NCBI GenBank assembly: GCA_009773315.1
Contig: WRPE01000007.1
Location: 81,011 to 145,010 of the forward strand
Length of the DNA stretch: 64,000 bases
DNA from: Syntrophaceae bacterium
Lineage (GTDB): Bacteria; Desulfobacterota; Syntrophia; Syntrophales; Smithellaceae
Reading direction: 5' to 3'
Below, piece by piece: positions 42,054-52,353 of the stretch. The position numbers and the translations under genes are program-made. The notes beneath the pieces were generated by a model, which saw nothing but the letters and a program-made list of their open reading frames with translations, did not search any database and had not been told where the DNA came from. How positions within the stretch are numbered: position 1 is the stretch's first letter; every line of letters starts with the position of its first letter.

Positions 42054-45000
42054 ATGATTTATACAAAAATGTTCAATGCTCTAAAAAAAATATTCTTTTT
42101 TATTACACATTGCCAAATTTTTATCGGCGCTCATCCTAATACTGTTGATAAACCCGCTATCATATTTTTCCCGCTTCTTCCCGGTCAACTGAATTGCGGT
42201 TTTGCCGGATTGATGACGTGCCGCGTGCAGAGAAATCCTTTGGATATGACAGCCGATCTCTCGCTTATTGCCGTGTGGAAAAAAGTTAAAAGCGCCGGCT
42301 TGCAAACTGTCTTCACCGGGGAAAATTCTACAGGGAATTATTTAAACGGTATAGAAGCCATCCATGCCCTGGATGTGGCCGTAACCCAGCTCAAACAGGA
42401 AGACGCTCAGGAATTTCTTTTTTTTCAGACAGACAGATCGGCTGATTTGTTTCACACCGCTCAAGACATGACAAAGTTTCTGATTGATGAAGAGAAGCAG
42501 TTGGAAGATCAGGGCGTTATTATCAGCTCTGTTGATCTGGAAATAATCAATAGCCGGCTTCTTTCGCTCAAGGACATCTGCTGGATTCTGGAAAAAGATA
42601 TTCTGGCTAATCTGCAAAAAATCCTCACGCTTTCCGGCGCAGAGAAATCTTCTGCGGTCAATCCTTCCGCCTTTCGGAAATACCGGAAACTCAATCTGCT
42701 GTTAAACGCGCTGGATCGTCTGGAAGTTCGGGGACGCGACTCGGCGGGTCTTCAGTTAACCTTTGCTCTGAAAAATGAACAAGTGTTGCAGGAGATCATC
42801 CGGCAGATCCGGAAAAACGGATGGGATGATGATTATCAGAGGCGGACGCAAAAGGGCGACCTTGTGAACCAGTCCATTTTCATGTCAACCGGCCATAAAG
42901 ACAATCCCGGCAGCGCCAGCGTTACGTTCACCTATAAAACCTTTTCCATCGTCGGCGAGTTGGGACGCAATGTAGTTGATTTGAGACATTCCATTCAAAA
43001 GGATCACATCCTGCAATGCTTTACCATGGGAGATTCAGATTGTGAAACAGCCCTGACGCATACCCGCTGGGCTTCCGTCGGCTCCATCACCGAGGAAAAT
43101 TGCCATCCGGTAAACAATTATACAACCAGTCAGTCCAACCCTGCCTATCCTCATTACGCCAACATCGATGCGCAAATCAATGTGGTTCTCAATGGGGATA
43201 TCGATAATTATCCGGCGCTGCGGAAGGCTTTGGAGGAAGACGGCGAACTGATCGCCTCACCGGTTACCACCGACACCAAAATCATTCCGCTGCAAATCGA
43301 AAAGTATCTGAAGGCGGGACAGAATTTGACGGAGGCGTTCCGCCTGGCCGTCAATGATTTTGAAGGGTCGCAGGCCATCGCCATGACCTGCAACCTGGAA
43401 CCGGGTAAAATGTTTCTGGCGCTCAAGGGCAGCGGCCAATCCATTTATGTCGGTGTGAATACCGACCAATATATGTTTTCTTCGGAACTATACGGCCTGG
43501 TGGAAGTCATGCCACGTTTTATCAAGATGAATGGTGAAGAAGCGGGCAACGGCAAAGCCGGCGGACAGATTTTCATCCTGGACCAGAATCGCGGCGGTGG
43601 CATAAAGGGCATCACCGCCTGCTTCTATGACGGCCTTACCATTCCTCTCGCGGACGACGATTTACAAACCGCGGAAATCACCACTCGAGATATCGACCGC
43701 AGCGATTACCCGCACTTTTTTCTCAAGGAAATTTCCGAATCCGCCCTGTCCATTAAAAGAACCCTGCGTGGCAAATACCGAATCGTCGCATCCGGTCAAT
43801 CCTTCCTTCAGGTCACGTTTAATTTGGGTCCGGATATCGTTCCTTCCGCTGTGCGCAATGGACTTCAAAACGGCTCAATTAAAAATATCATCGTCATCGG
43901 TCATGGAACAGCAGCGGTGGCAGGCCAAGTCTTAGCCGATACTCTGTCTTATTATCTCAAAGGCAGTCACGTCAACATCCTTGCCTGTATCGCCTCGGAA
44001 CTAAGCGGTTTCGGACTGAAAGACGATCTGACCGACACACTCGTTATTCCGATCACGCAATCAGGCACAACCACCGACACCAACCGGGCTGTGGCCATGG
44101 CCCGGGAGCGCAGCGCGCAAATCATCTCCATCGTTAACCGCAGACAATCGGATATTACCGCCAAATCACACGGCGTCTTTTATACCAGCGACGGCCGAGA
44201 TATTGAAATGTCCGTTGCCTCCACCAAAGCTTTCTACGCCCAAATTGTCGCGGGACAAGTGCTGGCGCTGTTTATCGCACAGCTTTTGGGATCACGGACC
44301 GATGAAGACATCGCGACAGCACTCAAACATCTTGAATCCGCGCCACGTCTGATGGAACGGATATTTGACAGTCGTGAAGCCATTGCCGCCTCGGTGAAAA
44401 AAACAGCCGGCAAGCGTTTCTGGGCGATTGTGGGCAGCGGCCCCAACAAGGCGGCGGCGGACGAAATCCGCATCAAACTGTCGGAACTTTGCTACAAAAC
44501 GATTTCCACGGACATCGTGGAAAACAAAAAACACATCGATCTATCCGCCGAACCGCTGATTCTGGTATGCGCCGCCGGCAACCCCGAGGCGGTTGTGGAA
44601 GACGTGGTCAAGGATGTCGCGATATTCAGAGCGCATAAGGCAACCACCGTCGTTTTCGCCGATGAAGGCGATCACCGATTTGACGCCGTCGCCGACGCGG
44701 TCATCGCCATACCCATCGCACCTTCGCCCCTGCCGGTGATCCTCAATACCATGGCCGGCCATCTGTGGGGTTACTTTGCGGCGCGTGCCATTGATGAAGA
44801 GGCACAGATTTTCCGCGAATTCCGCAGCCGCTTGGCAACAGAATTGACGAAAAGGACAAAAAATAAATTATCCATTTTTGACATTTTTGACATAATTGCC
44901 GATGTTTCTTTTTGCCGGATCATCAATGATTTTTATGCCCTGCTCAAATCCCAAATCCAAAACGGAGCGTTCAGCGTTCTAGCCGGCCAAACCATTGCCG

Positions 45001-45788
45001 ATTTGCTGCTCTTGTTGAAATATGCCTCAGGCAAGCTGCCGCTGCAGGACATTCGCCAGGAATTCAAAGGAGAAGAAGATCTGCTCAATCCGTTTGATCT
45101 TCTGGACGCCATGCTCGGAACGGCTATTGATGAGTTGAGTCGTCCGATTGACGCCATCCGCCATCAGGCCAAAACCGTCACAGTGGGCACCAGCCGGAAG
45201 GAAAAAGAACTCAAAGGCATCGTGTTCGACCTGCTCGAAACTCTCAAGTTTTCCGCCAAAAATATGACCTATCGCAATATTCTATCGATCCATCGCCTCC
45301 AACCTGCCCTTGCAGCGGTACGGGGATATACGGTTTATGATATCAGCGGTCTTGATGAACAAAGTCATCCCACGCAAAATTCGACCATTGCGATCCGCGT
45401 CAAAAGCGGCGTGGCCAATGATATGAAGTCACGCGCGGATCATTCCACAACGCTGATGGGCGTGAAAAAAACCATCGTCAGCACAGGCCATGTCTATCTG
45501 GGCCGGGGCAAAACAGACAGCGCCCCGATTATGATCATCCCTCTGCAGGGTGCAGGCGCCCAAATCGTGAACCTGCTGCTGATTCACATCATCTTCAATG
45601 AAACACTGAACCTGTCGGAAAAAATGGAAGTGCTGGGATACCGGTATGACGATATCCGCAACCTGATTAATGAATACAACCTCGTCTGGAACGACCGGTA
45701 TTTGGATACTCTGTCGTTGGAATCGCTTTTCAGCGAATCTATTGAAATAATTGCCGGACGGATAAAATCACAGCACGGCCAATTCTAG
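42054..45788 (+). CDS. Giant GlmS-like protein: class II (Ntn) glutamine amidotransferase plus two SIS domains, with an N-terminal leader, an internal insertion and a C-terminal extension
   Basis: NCGFAGL (Cys48), LEVRGRDSAGL, HTRWASVGSITEENCHPV, NGDIDNY. SIS1: VIGHGTAAVAG..ITQSGTTTDT..ASTKAF. SIS2: WAIVGSGPNKAAADEIRIKLSE. GlmS-tail-like HQAKTVTVG near residue 1040. 1244 aa, versus about 610 for canonical GlmS. Confidence 0.8.
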   Translation: MIYTKMFNALKKIFFFITHCQIFIGAHPNTVDKPAIIFFPLLPGQLNCGFAGLMTCRVQRNPLDMTADLSLIAVWKKVKSAGLQTVFTGENSTGNYLNGIEAIHALDVAVTQLKQEDAQEFLFFQTDRSADLFHTAQDMTKFLIDEEKQLEDQGVIISSVDLEIINSRLLSLKDICWILEKDILANLQKILTLSGAEKSSAVNPSAFRKYRKLNLLLNALDRLEVRGRDSAGLQLTFALKNEQVLQEIIRQIRKNGWDDDYQRRTQKGDLVNQSIFMSTGHKDNPGSASVTFTYKTFSIVGELGRNVVDLRHSIQKDHILQCFTMGDSDCETALTHTRWASVGSITEENCHPVNNYTTSQSNPAYPHYANIDAQINVVLNGDIDNYPALRKALEEDGELIASPVTTDTKIIPLQIEKYLKAGQNLTEAFRLAVNDFEGSQAIAMTCNLEPGKMFLALKGSGQSIYVGVNTDQYMFSSELYGLVEVMPRFIKMNGEEAGNGKAGGQIFILDQNRGGGIKGITACFYDGLTIPLADDDLQTAEITTRDIDRSDYPHFFLKEISESALSIKRTLRGKYRIVASGQSFLQVTFNLGPDIVPSAVRNGLQNGSIKNIIVIGHGTAAVAGQVLADTLSYYLKGSHVNILACIASELSGFGLKDDLTDTLVIPITQSGTTTDTNRAVAMARERSAQIISIVNRRQSDITAKSHGVFYTSDGRDIEMSVASTKAFYAQIVAGQVLALFIAQLLGSRTDEDIATALKHLESAPRLMERIFDSREAIAASVKKTAGKRFWAIVGSGPNKAAADEIRIKLSELCYKTISTDIVENKKHIDLSAEPLILVCAAGNPEAVVEDVVKDVAIFRAHKATTVVFADEGDHRFDAVADAVIAIPIAPSPLPVILNTMAGHLWGYFAARAIDEEAQIFREFRSRLATELTKRTKNKLSIFDIFDIIADVSFCRIINDFYALLKSQIQNGAFSVLAGQTIADLLLLLKYASGKLPLQDIRQEFKGEEDLLNPFDLLDAMLGTAIDELSRPIDAIRHQAKTVTVGTSRKEKELKGIVFDLLETLKFSAKNMTYRNILSIHRLQPALAAVRGYTVYDISGLDEQSHPTQNSTIAIRVKSGVANDMKSRADHSTTLMGVKKTIVSTGHVYLGRGKTDSAPIMIIPLQGAGAQIVNLLLIHIIFNETLNLSEKMEVLGYRYDDIRNLINEYNLVWNDRYLDTLSLESLFSESIEIIAGRIKSQHGQF

Positions 45789-45935
45789 ACTCAGCATAAA
45801 CATTCATAATGGCTGAAACTTTTGCAAATTAAGCGCTTGTCCGGATCAATATGGAAAAATCAAATTTTCGTTTGACAAAGTAGTTTTTTGAAAGTAGGTA
45901 TACGGCAAACGATAGCCGATTGCGATGGAAAACGC

Positions 45936-46937
45936 ATGAAAGAGCTTTTTAAGCCTGAAGACATTGAACGAAAAGTCATCCTCATTCTGAAAATTTTGCG
46001 CGAAAGCCCGGAACCAATGGGTGCGCGTGTGATTGCTCGCAGGATGTTGGAGCGCAACGTGCAACTCAGTGAAAGGACGGTCCGCTATCATCTCAAGATT
46101 ATGGACGAACGGGGACTTACCCAACTGGTGGGCAGGCGCGACGGCCGGGTTATCACAGAGCAGGGGCTTGCCGAAGTATCCGACGCCCGTGTGCAGGACA
46201 AGATTGGTCTTTCCATTTCACGCATAGACATCCTTTCCTTCAAGACAACTTTTGATGTCAAAAAGAAGCGTGGTCTGGTGCCGGTTAATATCTCCTTCTT
46301 CCCGAAAGAGCAGTTTAATCAAGCCCTGAAGATTATGAAGCCTGTCTTTCAAAAAAAGCTGGCGGTCAGCTCACGCGTCGCAGTAGCACAGGCCGGCAAA
46401 GCCCTGGGTGATATTGTGGTGCCTCAGGGCAAAGTAGGATTCGCAACCGTGTGCAGTATCGTAATCAATGGCGTTCTTTTAAAGCATGGCATTCCCATTG
46501 ATTCCAAGTTTGGCGGTATTCTCCAGATGAGAAAAGGGGAAATATTGAGATTTGTGGAACTGATTCATTACGCCGGCTCATCGCTCGATCCTTCGGAAAT
46601 CTTTATTCGCGGCAAGATGACCTCTGTCGGGCAAGTGGTAGCGGAAGGCGAGGGGAAAATTCTGGCCAATTTCCGTGAAATACCCGCACTGAGCCGAAGC
46701 CTGGTTGACCGCGTAGTCGATGACTTTGCCAAGACCGGTATTCATGGCGTCTTATCCATCGGCAGTATCGGCCATCCTGTGTGTCAGACCCATGTGGATA
46801 TGAATAAGATCGGGATGATTCTTATCGGCGGCTTAAACCCGGTTGCTGCGGTCGGTGAAGAAGGTTTTGATGTGGACAATAAGGCCATGTCCACGGTGAT
46901 GGCATTTGAAAAGCTAAAGGATATTGAGACGCTTTAG
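45936..46937 (+). CDS. nrpR: NrpR-like regulator (wHTH plus DUF128/NrpR regulatory domain)
   Basis: ILKILRESPEPMGARVIARRMLERNVQLSERTVRYHLKIMDERGLT wHTH, followed by a domain of about 250 aa. From memory this matches euryarchaeal NrpR (..RAVRYHLK.LDE.GLT..GR.IT..G). ATG 45936 preferred. Confidence 0.7.
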   Translation: MKELFKPEDIERKVILILKILRESPEPMGARVIARRMLERNVQLSERTVRYHLKIMDERGLTQLVGRRDGRVITEQGLAEVSDARVQDKIGLSISRIDILSFKTTFDVKKKRGLVPVNISFFPKEQFNQALKIMKPVFQKKLAVSSRVAVAQAGKALGDIVVPQGKVGFATVCSIVINGVLLKHGIPIDSKFGGILQMRKGEILRFVELIHYAGSSLDPSEIFIRGKMTSVGQVVAEGEGKILANFREIPALSRSLVDRVVDDFAKTGIHGVLSIGSIGHPVCQTHVDMNKIGMILIGGLNPVAAVGEEGFDVDNKAMSTVMAFEKLKDIETL

Positions 46938-47009
46938 ATATCGCGAGAAATGTCGTGAGCATATCAACACATCGCGGCGTATCATTGAATACGGTTGTAG
47001 GGAGGCGCT

Positions 47010-48266
47010 ATGGATTTTAAGCCGAAATCCTATGAAAAAATTTGTCAACTGATCGATCGCGGCGTGGATATTCCCAACCCCGGAACACTCGATATCGGCA
47101 ATGAAATCAATGTCGATCAAATTTCGGGAAAGGGCGTTACGATTTATCCAGGTTGCCGGATCTATGGTGCAAAAACTGTTATTTCCTCCGGCTGCAAGCT
47201 GGGCTACGAGGCGCCGGTTACGATTGAAGACTGCCAACTTGGACCGGCAGTCGAGCTCAAAGGCGGCTTCTTCAGTAAATCTGTTTTTTTGGAAAAAGCA
47301 AATATGGGCATGGGCGCGCACGTCCGTGAAGGATGCATTCTGGAGGAAGAAGCCGGCGGTGCCCATTGCGTGGGATTAAAACAAACCATTCTTTTTCCCT
47401 TCGTAACACTGGGCAGCTTGATCAACTTCTGTGACTGCCTGATGGCCGGCGGCACCAGCCGCAGCAACCATAGCGAAGTGGGAAGCTCCTATATCCATTT
47501 CAATTTCACGCCGGATGCCGACAAAACAACGCCTTCAATGCTTGGCGATGTCCCCCGGGGGGTGATGCTCAACCAGCCCCCCATTTTTCTAGGCGGTCAG
47601 GGAGGAATCATCGGTCCCGTGCGTCTGGGATACGGCAATATCGTAGCGGCGGGCTCCATCCTGCGGCATGATTATTCCGGGGACAATCAACTAATCTTCG
47701 AGACGGCCCCGGCAAGCAGTGTGAAGGACTTCGTTCCAGCAACCTACCCCGGGCTCAGTCGTGTTGTGGAAAACAATATTCTCTATCTGGCCAACCTGAC
47801 GGCTCTTGAATCTTGGTACACGCATGTCAGAAAGCCGTTTCTGGAAACCCAAACATTCGGACTTCTCTTGTATGCAGGCGTCGCGGAACAACTTTCCGCA
47901 GCGAAAAAGGAACGTCTCAAAAGATTAAAGGCGCTGGCGGAGAAAGCCAAAACGGCAGCCAGCAAAAACCAGCAGAGCGCTGCAAACGGTGCAAGACAGG
48001 AGCTCTCTGGGCAAATCGGCTTCATAGAAGGACTCTTTACTGGAAAAATGCCGGACGTCCTGACTGCGACGGATCCATCCCGTGAGGCCTTTCTCAATGA
48101 TTTCGGAAAGGCCACAGAAAACAACAAAGCGAATTACCTCACGGCTATTCAGGGTCTGCCCGTGGAGATTTCGTTAAAAGGTGTTATATGGCTAAATGGC
48201 ATAGTCGATGCTCTTGCCCAAAAGGTCACGCAGGCTCTGCCGTCGCTGGATTTATTCAAAAAATAA
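47010..48266 (+). CDS. Left-handed beta-helix protein resembling the acetyltransferase half of GlmU, with a helical C-terminal domain
   Basis: Hexapeptide-like turns from about residue 40 to 250. EVGSSYIHFNFTPDADKTT..IFLGGQGGIIGPVRLGYGNIVAAGSILRHD parallels GlmU NIGAGTITCNYDG..K..T.IGD.VFVGS...LVAPV. No nucleotidyltransferase domain. Confidence 0.55.
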   Translation: MDFKPKSYEKICQLIDRGVDIPNPGTLDIGNEINVDQISGKGVTIYPGCRIYGAKTVISSGCKLGYEAPVTIEDCQLGPAVELKGGFFSKSVFLEKANMGMGAHVREGCILEEEAGGAHCVGLKQTILFPFVTLGSLINFCDCLMAGGTSRSNHSEVGSSYIHFNFTPDADKTTPSMLGDVPRGVMLNQPPIFLGGQGGIIGPVRLGYGNIVAAGSILRHDYSGDNQLIFETAPASSVKDFVPATYPGLSRVVENNILYLANLTALESWYTHVRKPFLETQTFGLLLYAGVAEQLSAAKKERLKRLKALAEKAKTAASKNQQSAANGARQELSGQIGFIEGLFTGKMPDVLTATDPSREAFLNDFGKATENNKANYLTAIQGLPVEISLKGVIWLNGIVDALAQKVTQALPSLDLFKK

Positions 48267-48326
48267 TATTAAAATAATTTTGATCAGTTGATTCACAAGC
48301 AGTAAATCATTTCAAAAAGGAGAATA

Positions 48327-49679
48327 ATGATGGGGAAATTATTTGGAACCGACGGAATCAGAGGAGAAGCCAACCGCTATCCGATGAACGCGGCAATAGC
48401 TTTCAGTGTCGGGCAGGCCGTCGCACACCTGTTTAAAAAAGACAAACACCGTGCTCACGTGATCATTGGAAAGGACACCCGGATTTCGGGATACATGCTG
48501 GAGAGTTCACTGGAAGCGGGAATCACGTCCATGGGAGGGTGCCCTATCCTTGTCGGCGTGCTGCCCACCCCGGGAATTGCCTTCATCGCCCAAAGCATGC
48601 GGGCTGACGCCGGTATTGTCATTTCCGCTTCACACAATCCCTTCCAGGATAATGGCCTGAAAATTTTTGGCGGTGACGGTTTTAAATTGACCGATGAAGA
48701 GGAAGACAGTATTGAAGACCTGATCCTTAATGAAAAGCTTTCTGAACTAATGCCGACAGCCAGCGGAATGGGAAAAGCCGCCCGCCTGGATGATGTTAAC
48801 GGACGTTACATCGTTTTTCTGAAAAATTCCTTTCCCCGTAATCTTTCCATGGAGGGGATGAAAATCGTTTTGGATACCGCCAACGGCGCAACATACAAAG
48901 TGGCGCCTAACGCCTTTATTGAACTGGGCGCCGATGTTGAAGTCATTCACAACACGCCGAACGGTGTAAACATCAACGCCAAGTGCGGCTCACAGCACAC
49001 AGAGGACCTCAGGAAGAAAGTCGTGGAAAGCGGCGCGGCCATTGGCCTGGCCTTTGACGGGGACGGCGACCGCCTCATTGCCGTGGATGAAAAGGGTAAC
49101 GAGATCACCGGCGATCAGATTCTCATCATCTGTGCCAATATCTTGAAAAGAGAAGGCAAATTGAAAAACGATCTTCTGGTCAGCACAGTGATGAGTAACC
49201 TCGGCTTAAAGGTTGCCTGCAAGAAATACGGCTTTAAGCACCATGCCTCTAAAGTGGGAGACCGCTATGTCCTCGAAGACATGCTGCGGATGGGATCCGT
49301 GATCGGTGGTGAGGAAGCAGGTCATATGATCTTTCTGGATCACCACACCACTGGTGACGGCATTATTGCCGCCATGCAGCTCGTTGCCGCGATGGCGAAA
49401 GAAGGCAAACCACTTTCCGAACTGGCGCGCATGATGGATATTTTCCCGCAGAAATTGATCAATGTTGATGTCAAAAGCAAGCCGGATCTTGATAAAGTTC
49501 CGAAGCTGGTAGAAGCCATCTCTCAAATAGAAAAAGAACTGGGTGAAGAAGGACGCGTTCTGGTCCGGTATTCCGGCACTCAGAATATGTGTCGTGTCAT
49601 GGTGGAAGGACCTTCCGATTTGGTAACCGCAAAATATTGTCAACAGCTCGCCGATATCGTAAAAAGTGAACTGGGATAG
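48327..49679 (+). CDS. glmM: Phosphoglucosamine mutase
   Basis: LFGTDGIRG, active-site ISASHNPFQDNGLK, FDGDGDR, GGEEAGH. Confidence 0.95.
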   Translation: MMGKLFGTDGIRGEANRYPMNAAIAFSVGQAVAHLFKKDKHRAHVIIGKDTRISGYMLESSLEAGITSMGGCPILVGVLPTPGIAFIAQSMRADAGIVISASHNPFQDNGLKIFGGDGFKLTDEEEDSIEDLILNEKLSELMPTASGMGKAARLDDVNGRYIVFLKNSFPRNLSMEGMKIVLDTANGATYKVAPNAFIELGADVEVIHNTPNGVNINAKCGSQHTEDLRKKVVESGAAIGLAFDGDGDRLIAVDEKGNEITGDQILIICANILKREGKLKNDLLVSTVMSNLGLKVACKKYGFKHHASKVGDRYVLEDMLRMGSVIGGEEAGHMIFLDHHTTGDGIIAAMQLVAAMAKEGKPLSELARMMDIFPQKLINVDVKSKPDLDKVPKLVEAISQIEKELGEEGRVLVRYSGTQNMCRVMVEGPSDLVTAKYCQQLADIVKSELG

Positions 49680-49700
49680 TTTGAAGGAGAACAATAAATC

Positions 49701-50660
49701 ATGGGAACAACCGTTTTTGTTACACGAGACTTTGCACACATGAGTGAGGTGGCGGCAGACTTTGTCATCAAGAAAACAATCGGCATCCTTAAAGCAAAAA
49801 ATGAAGCTGTTTTGGGGCTGGCAACGGGGAATTCACCCACGGCGCTCTATAAGCACTTCGCCAAAGCGGCCAACGAGGGCCGGTTTGATTCTGGACGGAT
49901 CCGCAGTTTCAATCTCGACGAATATGTCGGTCTGCCAGGCGATAATATTCAGCAGCGGGTTCTGCACCCCGAGAGTTACGCTTATTTTATGATTCAGGAA
50001 CTTTTCAGTCATCTCAATAAGAAATTTATTGAAACCCGCGTGCCCTACGGCTCGTTGATTGATCAGAAAACATTGATCAAAGAATTGAAGGAAAACAAAA
50101 ACGACTGGGAATTCAAAGGAACAGACGCGGGCAAATCCATTGCCATCAAGGCAAAACCGGCATCCGCCTATCTGGCCTGGATCTGGAAAGAAATTCTGGA
50201 CGGCTACTCCCGGAAAATAAAATCGGCAGGAGGAATCGACCTGCAGATTATCGGCGTGGGCGGTCGCGGCCATGTGGCGTTCCACGAATCAGGCATTCCT
50301 TTTAAAGGCAGCTCCGTGCTGCTGGTCAAACTCGACGACAACACAATTGCCAATGCCGTTGCCGACGGACATTTCAGCAAAAAATCAGATTCACCGCAGT
50401 ACGCCATCAGTATGGGAGCGGCGCTGGTTTATCAGGCCAGAACGGTCGTTTTGGTAGCCAACGGCCAGCGAAAAACAGAGTCTGTGACCCGCTCGCTTCT
50501 GGGTGATGTAACCCCTGAAATTCCCATATCGCATGGTCAGCAATACGCGAAACAAGGCGGTGAGTTGATTTATGTTCTCGACCGCGTTGCGGCCGAAGGC
50601 CTTCTGGCCAATCCAAAGGAACTCAAAGATAGGGGCATCGTTTTAAAGAACATAGCTTAA
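49701..50660 (+). CDS. Glucosamine-6-phosphate deaminase/isomerase family protein (NagB-like, with an insertion)
   Basis: LGLATGNSP, FNLDEYVGL, HPESYAYFM, IGVGGRGHVAFHESG. About 30 extra residues (KELKENKNDWEFKGTDAGKSIAIK..) relative to the E. coli NagB pattern. RBS aaggaga. Confidence 0.75.
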   Translation: MGTTVFVTRDFAHMSEVAADFVIKKTIGILKAKNEAVLGLATGNSPTALYKHFAKAANEGRFDSGRIRSFNLDEYVGLPGDNIQQRVLHPESYAYFMIQELFSHLNKKFIETRVPYGSLIDQKTLIKELKENKNDWEFKGTDAGKSIAIKAKPASAYLAWIWKEILDGYSRKIKSAGGIDLQIIGVGGRGHVAFHESGIPFKGSSVLLVKLDDNTIANAVADGHFSKKSDSPQYAISMGAALVYQARTVVLVANGQRKTESVTRSLLGDVTPEIPISHGQQYAKQGGELIYVLDRVAAEGLLANPKELKDRGIVLKNIA

Positions 50661-52322
<1,662 letters not shown>

Positions 52323-52353
52323 ACTGAAGCTGATGATCACCAATATCATTGTT

